This document shows, piece by piece, positions 19,401-26,581 of a stretch of DNA of 64,000 bases (its first letter is position 1; every line of letters begins with the position of its first letter). The notes under the pieces were generated by a model. That model did no database searches and was not told where the DNA came from. It saw only the letters and a program-made list of their open reading frames with translations. This DNA comes from an uncultured Woeseiaceae bacterium (GTDB taxonomy: Bacteria > Pseudomonadota > Gammaproteobacteria > Steroidobacterales > Woeseiaceae). The stretch covers positions 8,472 to 72,471 of the forward strand of contig CAZSIQ010000005.1 in NCBI GenBank assembly GCA_964606915.1. Reading direction: 5' to 3'. The position numbers were made by a program, and so were the translations under genes.

Positions 19401-19628
19401 TGCCCCGATATCGGAGGCGGTTACGCCGTCGACGAAGGTGTCTGCGTTTTCCTTCATGGATTGCGCCGAAGACAGTGAGCTTCGAATACCGGTGGTCACG
19501 ATTTCCTCGATAACCTGGTTTCCGGAATCCTCCATCTCGTCTTCCTGCGCGTACGCAGGAACAGCTGCGCCCAGTGCAAGTGCAATACCCGCAGCAAGCG
19601 GCGTTCGTTTAAACGACGGATTAGGCAT
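16467..19628 (-). CDS. TonB-dependent outer-membrane receptor (large, about 1050 aa)
   Basis: Signal peptide ...ALGAAVPAYAQ. N-terminal plug pattern IEEIVTTGIRSSL...VTASDIGALPDRSVAEALQRVPGV. C-terminal ...AARFSF. Confidence 0.9.
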   Translation of the reverse strand: MPNPSFKRTPLAAGIALALGAAVPAYAQEDEMEDSGNQVIEEIVTTGIRSSLSSAQSMKENADTFVDGVTASDIGALPDRSVAEALQRVPGVNIGRFKKSSDPDRFSVEGADVIIRGLPFVRSELNGRDVFSATGGTVLSFNDVSPELLGGVLVYKNATASMIDGGIAGTVNLQTRKPLDTNGMRFAASTEYNYGDIAEEGSPTVSFLGSNSWETDGGRFGLQLGYAQSELNTESNASQVTDPCYRDAALDAGCIRVSPVTSGGVEGALNFTPETFPPDNTVIVPKGAGVRTTGYERDRNALSIVGQWENPTGELLVTAEYLRAEAELFVDEHAILALVNDDALFPVPGNNPDWTFSPNGTFETGTLSQVAWRGIDNCLDGSLLPPPGLDRPCNVQLGVPTELLRFQRQDDSVTEDISLDISWIPTDNLTVNAEFQRVQSERSEDGIISAMASYSDIFLDMRGETPDVQFRTPTTSDGSTDPAYFTNPDRTYYSFLLDSQIENEGEMDTFRADIEYYLGEDRLISEVKFGARWSDRTRITRDNNFANWGVLSAPWSGFTPATYASQDGDVSNYANVRNPFDDFQRGETSTPVPNGAGIFFGGDNLLNEYFAGVTEVQADAIAALNPFADWGQAWGPVGRRDGLVGDSPFLPGEISDVGEQTQAVYIQADFSFGDRIPVTGNFGVRYVETTIESDGEIQFPQNPPDPTLCTTPGPGGPPGYCFLSPAREAEFLSAFTGELINDDADIKYDSVLPSFNIKVGVTENFYIRAAASKGISRPDLAAYKTGGVIFDNTNALRDAGTLETGELFALQTGNRLLEPVEAWNYDLSAEWYFSDVGSLTFSLFWKEFDALITNGATVRTLTAASGASAETEIRGPSNVNDGSLEGFEIGYQQTMDFLPSPFNALGLQATYTYIDGSDLSGATNEVQRQPFADGLGFPGISEDTINFVTFYEDDVWSARLAYNWRSEFLITPRDDIFPFSPIIGNDTGQLDGSVFYNFNNVLGLENMKIGLQAVNLLDEVTQTSQVIDFDGTQVRRSAFRNDRRFTIAARFSF

Positions 19629-19722
19629 CTGGTTGGTCCCCCCGAACCTGTAGCGTTTTTTTTATGTCTCCGCGTGCGTTGCGCCTGCGGAAATTACCCC
19701 ATACATAGCGCGGCCACCCCGA

Positions 19723-19770
19723 TGACAACGCTGTCAGAAGGTTTATAAAGCGTTTATGACAGCGATGTCA
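19723..19770. promoter_or_regulatory. twin TGACA-N4-TGTCA palindromes (candidate operator pair)
   Basis: TGACAACGCTGTCA (19723-19736) and TGACAGCGATGTCA (19757-19770). Each is palindromic, and they are inverted copies of one another with 1 mismatch. They lie 95-140 nt upstream of the receptor ATG in the divergent intergenic region. Confidence 0.4.
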
Positions 19771-19932
19771 ACCAAGGTTCCAGTTGAATCTATTCTCTTG
19801 CGCCGCCTGTTTCGCCCGCCAACCCATTTCAACTACCATCACGGACGTCCCGGGACACTAAGCCGTCACATCCGGGTATTTCCGTAACCGAAACTTCAAT
19901 AAAATCAGGGCGTCCCGTCTGGGGACGCGGAG

Positions 19933-20568
19933 ATGAGCATGAATCGAAGCAGACAATCACTGGCATTTTCCGGCGCGCTTCTCGCCCTGCTACTCGCAGG
20001 AGGCTGTGCTACGAGTGGTCGGACCACAGCGGGCACGGACGCGGCCAGTGTCGAGTCGAGCTACAGCAACGTACTCGTTATCGGCATCGGAGAGGATTAC
20101 GAAGGCCGAACCCGGTTCGAACGTCGTCTCTCCGGCGACCTGGAAGACGAGGGAATTACGGCGACACCGCTGTACGTCGCCGCCGACGGGAATGTCCCGA
20201 TCTCCCGCGAGCTGGTTGTCGCACTGATCGAAACCAACGGCTACGACGCGGTCCTTATTACCCGGATGCTCGCCAGCGACGCATCGACGTCCATCCGGGA
20301 CGGCTCGACCGCGACCAAGTCGGTTCGCCGGGACGGACGGCCACTGGATTTGTTTCGGTACGATTACGAAGAACTGAACGAACCGACCGACGTGGACTTC
20401 CGGCTCGGTGTGACGCTCTACACTGAGCTGTTCGCGACCGAGGCGGACAAGGAGGTCTGGGCGCTTGAGACAACCATCGAAGCAAAGGACTACATGGATC
20501 TGCTGATCAACGAAGCGTCAGAGAAGATCGTCAGGCAACTGCGACGAGACAAGCTACTCGGCGACTAG
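19933..20568 (+). CDS. lipoprotein, function unknown
   Basis: Lipobox LLLAGGC after MSMNRSRQSLAFSGALLA. 211 aa. GGAG lies 3 nt upstream of the ATG (the preceding G extends it to GGAGA). Confidence 0.6.
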   Translation: MSMNRSRQSLAFSGALLALLLAGGCATSGRTTAGTDAASVESSYSNVLVIGIGEDYEGRTRFERRLSGDLEDEGITATPLYVAADGNVPISRELVVALIETNGYDAVLITRMLASDASTSIRDGSTATKSVRRDGRPLDLFRYDYEELNEPTDVDFRLGVTLYTELFATEADKEVWALETTIEAKDYMDLLINEASEKIVRQLRRDKLLGD

Positions 20569-20581
20569 AGGCAGCCGGGCC

Positions 20582-21808
20582 ATGCGCCGATCACTGACAC
20601 CGATACTCTTTGCGCTCCTGTACCTCGCCGGTTGCGAGTCGCGGCAGGACTCGCTAACCGTGGTGCTACCGGAGTCGCCAATCGACCAGGCGGTCGCCAC
20701 CAGTATTGTCGATGCGCTGAATCGAGAGTCCGGGCTTTCGTTGTCGCTGACCGACACGTCGCTCACCGATGAGCTGGCGATCGACGCGCTGGCTACCGGC
20801 GAGGCCGATCTCGCGCTGATTTCCAACAGCATGCCGTACCGGGACGGTGTTGCCACGGTGATCCCGCTGTATCCAACGGCACTGCATGTCGGCAAGACCA
20901 GTGACGACGTATTTCCGACGCTCGCCGAGTTGCTGCGCGACGCGGATGTTTATGCCGGTCCCGAAGGATCTGCCGCTCGCGTCATGCTCAGGCGCATTCT
21001 CAACCAGACAGAGCTTCGCGATCTGGGTCATCGGTTTATCGAGGAACCCGGTCTGGCGAACATCCCGGATGTGTTCGTCGTGTTTGCGCCGGTGTCCCCG
21101 TCGATCATCCGTCAACAGGTGCAGCAGGTGCCCCTGTTTACGCTGTCAGGAATCGGCCCCGTCGACAGCGTGGGCACAGGCTCAACCATCGACGCCGCCA
21201 CGCTGGTCAATCCCTTCTTTCGGCCCTTTGTGATCCCGGCGGGCATCTACGGTGAACTAACACCCGAGCCCGTATTGACCCTGGCCGTCGACAAAATGCT
21301 GCTGGCACGAAGTGACGTCGACAAGTCGCTTGTTTATGACCTGATTAACGAGCTGGTTCGACTCAGGCCGGCGCTCGCGGCTGAGCAACCGGGCTTATTC
21401 ACCGAGTTAAGCGGCGATTTTGATGCCAGCCGCTCGACGTTCGTATTGCATGAGGGCACCCAGGCGTACCTGCAGCGAGAGGCCCCGTCCGTCTACGAAC
21501 GCTATTCGGGTATCGCCGAAGTCGTGGTTACTGTCGTGGTTGCCCTGGGCAGTGCGGTATTGGCCGGCGGACGTATCTATCGCATGCGACGCAAGAACCG
21601 CATCGACCGGTTTTACACGGAGGTCATCCGCATCCGGCGCTCCGTTACCGACGGCGATGACGATCGCGCTGACGCAATCGAGAAGATTCGGGCGCTGCAG
21701 GACACGGCGTTTGAACTGCTGGTGGATGAGAAACTGGCCGCAGACGATTCGTTCCGCATATTCCTGACGCTGTCCAACGAGGTTATCGAGGAACTCGGCG
21801 CAGCCTGA
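20582..21808 (+). CDS. TAXI-family (TRAP-type) solute-binding-like lipoprotein with a C-terminal membrane anchor
   Basis: Lipobox LYLAGC. Periplasmic-binding-protein-like body with GEADLALISNS. C-terminal TM VVVTVVVALGSAVLAGG followed by RIYRMRRKNRIDRFY. Confidence 0.65.
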   Translation: MRRSLTPILFALLYLAGCESRQDSLTVVLPESPIDQAVATSIVDALNRESGLSLSLTDTSLTDELAIDALATGEADLALISNSMPYRDGVATVIPLYPTALHVGKTSDDVFPTLAELLRDADVYAGPEGSAARVMLRRILNQTELRDLGHRFIEEPGLANIPDVFVVFAPVSPSIIRQQVQQVPLFTLSGIGPVDSVGTGSTIDAATLVNPFFRPFVIPAGIYGELTPEPVLTLAVDKMLLARSDVDKSLVYDLINELVRLRPALAAEQPGLFTELSGDFDASRSTFVLHEGTQAYLQREAPSVYERYSGIAEVVVTVVVALGSAVLAGGRIYRMRRKNRIDRFYTEVIRIRRSVTDGDDDRADAIEKIRALQDTAFELLVDEKLAADDSFRIFLTLSNEVIEELGAA

Positions 21809-21846
21809 GCCCGCCAGCCGAATAGTCTCCTGTCGGCCGTCCTGCG

Positions 21847-23790
21847 CTATCGATTCAGCAAGCGCCAAAACGACTGAATGTCGGAGTCGTCCGGAAAATC
21901 CGTGCGCGCTTTCGCCAGCACCGCGCTCGCCTCTTCCACCCGACCGAGCTGGTTTAACGCGACTGCGTAGACGTAGGTGAACCGCGCATTGTCCGGTGCC
22001 AGTCGATAAGCGGTCTCAAGCTCCTTGATTGCGGCGTCGTAACGCTTGTCACGAACCAGTGCGAGGCCATAGGCATGCCGGGCAATCGCCAGCTTTGGTG
22101 CCATCTCGACCGACTGTTGCAGGTAGCGCAGCGATGCGGCGTTGTCGCCGGTTCGAAACTCGAAGTCTGCAAGCATCGCCAACGACCCAGGTTGACTTGC
22201 CGCTGTCAGAAGCGCGTGACGGTACTCTCCGGCAGCGTCCGGATAGGCGCGCGCCGCGTCGGCCGGAAGCACGTCTCGCGCTCCGACGAAAGTTAGGGCA
22301 GCCTGCGCACGAACGGCACGAACGGGATCGGACAGCAGCGTCGTGCCCAACAGCGGTCGTTCGAGTGGCGGCGCCACATGGATTGCCTGCAGTGCCGCCA
22401 GACGAACCAGCGGATCCGCGTCCTCCGTCGCCGCCTCCAACACGGCGAGTTCGTCCGCATCGAACGGAGCGCGGAGCAGGCTGACCAGGGTCGCCCTTAC
22501 GATGGGTGAGTAGTCGTCATCGATGTGCGCGGCGACGGCGCCGCCAGCCGAACGTGCGAACCCGATTGCCGCTCCGTAGTGGTTCGTGTCGGAGGCTGTT
22601 CCGGGTACGCGAAAACTGTGATCACGACGCCGGTCAACGCCCATGTACACCTCGTCCTGCATGTGACACGACACACAGTCGTTGTGTGGCGCGTGCTCGG
22701 TCGTCGCAAAACGCGTCGGCAGGTGACACTGCGCACACACATCATTTGGCTCGGGACCGGTCAGCAATTCGCCGGAATGTGCGTTATGGCAGTCCGTGCA
22801 GGTCACGCCTGCCGCGTACATTTTGCTTTGCACGAAGGAACCGTAAACGAAGACCTCATCCTGTATACGCCCATCGGCGTGATACAGCCCTTCTTCCAGC
22901 AGTGCCACGCGATGCGTGTCCAGCAGCGGCCGGCCGTATTCATAGTCTTCTCTCAACGGAGCGCGACGCGAATGGCAGCGACCACAGCTTTCCGGTTGCT
23001 GAAGATGTTTCGCGACCTCGCTGCGCTCGGCGATGCCGGTTTCCGGGTTCATGATCCAGGCAGCCGTGCCGCGATCGTCGAGGCCGACCTTCAGCCCGTA
23101 GCTTGCGTCAAACCCGGTGGCAGCTTGTCGCAGGTGCTCGGATCCCGGTCCGTGGCAGGCTTCGCAACCAACCGACACCTCAGACCAGGTCGTATTGAAA
23201 CGGTCGGTGGCAAGATCGTAGCCCATCTTCAGGTTAGTCGAATGACACTCCGCGCACATGTAGTTCCAGTTCGCCAGTCGCCCGGTCCAGTGCAGGCTAT
23301 CGTCGTGCCGGATCTCCTCGTCCGGGTACAGGTGATACCAGCGCTGCCCGCCCTCGGTCGTCGAGCGGGTGTCCCAGGCAAACGGCAGCACCTGCTTACG
23401 GCCATCGTCGAACTCGGTCAGGTATTGCTGCAGCGGATAGACACCGAAGGTGTGGCTGACGGTGAAGTTCTCGGGCTCACCGATCGCGTTGTCGGTACGC
23501 ATGATGAAGGTGTCACCCTCTCGGAGCATCCTCGAGGTCTGGCCGAAGTAGTCGACACTCGCGTTATCAAAATCGCCCATTACGGACTCGCCGTTCGCAA
23601 CCTGCATTGCCAGCTGATGGTGTGATCCCAGCCAGTCCCGATACGCGGTGTTGTGACAGGTGGCGCAGGATTCACTGCCGACAAAGCGGGGATTCTGAGG
23701 CGCTTCGGGACGCGCGGAGTCCGGCGTCTCGGGCCCGGAACAGCCCATCGCCGTGGCGAAAGCCAGGTAGTACAGCAACCGTTGGATCAT
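21847..23790 (-). CDS. heptaheme c-type cytochrome fused to TPR repeats (lipoprotein)
   Basis: Lipobox ATAMGC. Seven CxxCH motifs (CATCH, CAECH, CEACH, CGRCH, CTDCH, CAQCH, CVSCH). The C-terminal 250 aa has TPR-like A/L/Y periodicity. Confidence 0.85.
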   Translation of the reverse strand: MIQRLLYYLAFATAMGCSGPETPDSARPEAPQNPRFVGSESCATCHNTAYRDWLGSHHQLAMQVANGESVMGDFDNASVDYFGQTSRMLREGDTFIMRTDNAIGEPENFTVSHTFGVYPLQQYLTEFDDGRKQVLPFAWDTRSTTEGGQRWYHLYPDEEIRHDDSLHWTGRLANWNYMCAECHSTNLKMGYDLATDRFNTTWSEVSVGCEACHGPGSEHLRQAATGFDASYGLKVGLDDRGTAAWIMNPETGIAERSEVAKHLQQPESCGRCHSRRAPLREDYEYGRPLLDTHRVALLEEGLYHADGRIQDEVFVYGSFVQSKMYAAGVTCTDCHNAHSGELLTGPEPNDVCAQCHLPTRFATTEHAPHNDCVSCHMQDEVYMGVDRRRDHSFRVPGTASDTNHYGAAIGFARSAGGAVAAHIDDDYSPIVRATLVSLLRAPFDADELAVLEAATEDADPLVRLAALQAIHVAPPLERPLLGTTLLSDPVRAVRAQAALTFVGARDVLPADAARAYPDAAGEYRHALLTAASQPGSLAMLADFEFRTGDNAASLRYLQQSVEMAPKLAIARHAYGLALVRDKRYDAAIKELETAYRLAPDNARFTYVYAVALNQLGRVEEASAVLAKARTDFPDDSDIQSFWRLLNR

Positions 23791-23894
23791 ATGCAGACTA
23801 TACGGCGAAACGCAGCGCTACAGGTTCGAAACCTGCGCATCACGTTTTGGTCATGTTGTGCTTTCACACTGCAGGGTCATACGCATCGGAGATA

Positions 23895-24125
23895 ATGAAC
23901 ATGGCTGTTGAAGAACGTGATGTCGAAAAACAGTACTCCCGCGAGGAGAACATTCACAAACTTGAGCGACTGGTCGCCTGTATGAAGGCCGGCGAACCTT
24001 TCGAGATTCAGGTTGCCGGTGAACGAATCTATGTCCCGGTCCGCGCGGTCTTCAGTATCGAACACGAGCGGGGCGACGGTGAAGAAGAACTGGAGTTCCA
24101 GTTCAAGTGGACGCTGGACGACTGA
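23895..24125 (+). CDS. small acidic protein, amphi-Trp-domain-like
   Basis: ATG at 23895 preceded by GGAGA. 76 aa ending ...ELEFQFKWTLDD. The remainder of ORF 23607.. is antisense to the cytochrome gene start. Confidence 0.5.
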   Translation: MNMAVEERDVEKQYSREENIHKLERLVACMKAGEPFEIQVAGERIYVPVRAVFSIEHERGDGEEELEFQFKWTLDD

Positions 24126-24135
24126 CCCCAACGAA

Positions 24136-24161
24136 TCAAGGCCGCCCGCAGGCGGCCTTGA
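24136..24161. terminator. bidirectional stem-loop between convergent genes
   Basis: 11-bp perfect stem TCAAGGCCGCC/GGCGGCCTTGA with loop CGCA. No clear U-tract. Confidence 0.55.
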
Positions 24162-24177
24162 TGCCGTGTGGCCGGAA

Positions 24178-24732
24178 CTACGCGCCTGACAACTGCTTCG
24201 CGATCTTGCTACCCCAGCTGCTGAACATGCGTTTCACGTGCTGCTTGTTGTGAAAGCGGTCGTTGATGCCCCAGTCGCGGCCGGCGTCGCGGACGTCCTC
24301 GATTTCGGCAACGACGATCTCATCCCTGACGATCTCGACCCGCAGCAGTGCTTGTCCGGCACCGTAGCTGACGAGTCTTTCGTTTACGTCACGGTGACGA
24401 AGATCATCTTTTGGCGCTGCAGGCATGAGCTTCAGTAGCTCGCTGCTGACGACGAAGTCCGCTTCAGCTGCCGACTCCACAAGAACGAACTGCGACTTGC
24501 GTTGCAATGCGGTGCTGACCGAAGACACGTACAACTCCTGAAGACCAGCCAGTTCCTTGTCGGACAGCTCGAACTCGCCGCGGTACGGAAACCGATGATC
24601 GCGGGGCGACTCAATTTCAAGCTTGCTCACATCCAGGTCGGACACGTAGACACGTGGTGGTTCCGACGCCAGGGCGCTGCTCGCGACAAACAGGATCAGG
24701 ATTCCGGCAATCAGGTGGTGGATGGGTTTCAT
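24178..24732 (-). CDS. exported protein, function unknown
   Basis: Signal peptide MKPIHHLIAGILILFVASSALA. 184 aa. No motif recognised. Confidence 0.5.
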   Translation of the reverse strand: MKPIHHLIAGILILFVASSALASEPPRVYVSDLDVSKLEIESPRDHRFPYRGEFELSDKELAGLQELYVSSVSTALQRKSQFVLVESAAEADFVVSSELLKLMPAAPKDDLRHRDVNERLVSYGAGQALLRVEIVRDEIVVAEIEDVRDAGRDWGINDRFHNKQHVKRMFSSWGSKIAKQLSGA

Positions 24733-24869
24733 AGCTTCTCTCCTTTACGTTCTCTGGCATTTGCGGACGATTTGCGTTGCGCGTTGTCCGTAAAGCCACT
24801 GTAAGGATGACGAGCATTCACCGATAATCACCGCCGGACAGCGAATGATCCGTTGACGACAGCAACACA

Positions 24870-25889
24870 ATGGCCAATCAAAACAAGCACCTGGATTCGA
24901 CAACACATGGCGGGATTGCCCGCATGATGGCCCGGACGCTGGCCGGCTACGGGATCGACAGCGCGCGTGTGTTCGAACAGGCCGGACTGCCGGCGAGCCC
25001 CGGTGACGGAGACCAGCGTGTGGTATCCGTTGCCATGCAGAGAGTCTGGCGGCAGGCGGTCGTCGAGACCGGGGATGAAGCGTTCGGACTGACCTACGCA
25101 CAGAATGTCCATCCGGCGGCTCTGCACGGACTGGGTTTCGCGTGGGCCGCCAGCAACACGTTGCGGGATGCCTTCAATCGGCTTGTTCGCTACTACCGCC
25201 TGATCGCGTCAGCGGGAGAAATCGCGCTGACAGATACGACGGACCACGTACGCCTGGCTTACCTGATACCCGGAGAAAAAGGCGCCGCTGCGCCGTCGTC
25301 GCTGGATGCGGCGCTGGCCATGTTCGTTCAGCTCTGCCGGATAACCAGGGATCCGGCGTTCTCGCCAGCAAGGGTCGACCTGCAGCGTGTCGCACCGAAA
25401 GATACAAAACCGTTCGACGCGTTCTTTCGCTGCCCGATCCATTACGACGCTGATGAGAACGCCCTATTCTTCGATCACTCGGAGCTGGACCAGCCGCTGC
25501 CGATGGCGAACCCCGAGCTTGCACGGGCTAACGACCAGGTCATCATTGACTACCTGAATAGGCAGGGCGACTCCGATATCGTCAATAAGGTTCGTGCAGG
25601 CATCATCGACAGCCTGCCGTCCGGCCCGCCAAGCCAGGAGCGCATTGCGAGCCTGCTCAATATGAGCGGCAGGACCTTGCAGCGCCGGCTCACAGACCAG
25701 GCGCAGAGTTTCTCGGGCCTACTTGAGTCGATACGCAGCGAACTCGCCCAGCAGTACCTGTCGACGCCGGGGCGCAGTATCAGCGAAGTCGCGTACCTGT
25801 TGGGCTTCTCTGAGCCCGGGAATTTCGGCCGTTCGTTTAAACGCTGGACCGGTATGACACCGGCCCAGTTTCAGTCGCAGGACCGCTAG
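24870..25889 (+). CDS. AraC-family transcriptional regulator (N-terminal arabinose-binding-like domain)
   Basis: 339 aa. C-terminal double HTH (...RTLQRRL..., ISEVAYLLGFSEPGNFGRSFKRWTGMTPAQF). Confidence 0.85.
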   Translation: MANQNKHLDSTTHGGIARMMARTLAGYGIDSARVFEQAGLPASPGDGDQRVVSVAMQRVWRQAVVETGDEAFGLTYAQNVHPAALHGLGFAWAASNTLRDAFNRLVRYYRLIASAGEIALTDTTDHVRLAYLIPGEKGAAAPSSLDAALAMFVQLCRITRDPAFSPARVDLQRVAPKDTKPFDAFFRCPIHYDADENALFFDHSELDQPLPMANPELARANDQVIIDYLNRQGDSDIVNKVRAGIIDSLPSGPPSQERIASLLNMSGRTLQRRLTDQAQSFSGLLESIRSELAQQYLSTPGRSISEVAYLLGFSEPGNFGRSFKRWTGMTPAQFQSQDR

Positions 25890-25898
25890 CGGGCAGCC

Positions 25899-26570
25899 TC
25901 AACCCGCGTTGCCACCACTTCCGAGGCGATAGCCTGCCAGTTGCTCAAGGCGGTCGCGTACCAACGTTGCCCAGCGGCGGGCCTGGCTACGCACAGCGCT
26001 CCACACAGCCGCCTCGGTCGCTTCAGTCATCTCACCACGCGGTCCGGCCGGAGCACCGTCAAGGACACCCTTGTCCTTCGCAACGACGATCGCCTGGCCC
26101 GACAGCGAGTCACGGAGATCAATAACGAGGTCGGCGGACCCGAGTTCGCGAACGAACACGCGTTCGAACGCACCGGACACCTCCTGCACCAGCTCAACAT
26201 CGACAATCGCGGCATTCATTAGCAATACGTCCGGCCCGGCTTCGTCCGCGATTTCGAACGCATCGAGACCCTTCATCGCTTCGGCAAATTCTTCAGCAAC
26301 TATGGCGTTAAATCGCGCCTGTCGTTCAAGGTCTGCCGCCACGTTCGTGTCGGCGAACCGGGTCGCGGCGCTGACGATCATCAATTTCGAGTATTGGGTC
26401 ATGTCCGCGTCCGGGCGAAACCACGCCTCGTCCATGACGGTGTTGTCGACAAAGTGCAGTCCGTTCGCATCGACGCGCGCATCCGGGCCAAGCTGGACGG
26501 TCGGCGAGGTGGCGCAACCTGAGAACAGCAGGACCGATAGAACAATAAAAAGCGAAACACGGTTCATCAT
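25899..26570 (-). CDS. lipoprotein, function unknown
   Basis: Lipobox VLLFSGC. 223 aa. Confidence 0.55.
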   Translation of the reverse strand: MMNRVSLFIVLSVLLFSGCATSPTVQLGPDARVDANGLHFVDNTVMDEAWFRPDADMTQYSKLMIVSAATRFADTNVAADLERQARFNAIVAEEFAEAMKGLDAFEIADEAGPDVLLMNAAIVDVELVQEVSGAFERVFVRELGSADLVIDLRDSLSGQAIVVAKDKGVLDGAPAGPRGEMTEATEAAVWSAVRSQARRWATLVRDRLEQLAGYRLGSGGNAG

Positions 26571-26581
26571 GGTTTTGTCTC

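Noticed and set aside
19629-19932. Riboswitch (for example cobalamin) in the 5-prime region of the large TonB receptor
   Set aside because: I could not find a B12-box-like GCCACTG core or the conserved paired regions by eye. The receptor is also much larger than BtuB. A covariance-model scan would be needed to exclude this formally.
23821-23836. GGTTCGAAACC-like sequence as a tRNA T-arm
   Set aside because: It is only a 6-bp hairpin (CAGGTT/AACCTG). There is no acceptor stem, D-arm or anticodon arm around it, and no tRNA cloverleaf could be drawn anywhere in the window.
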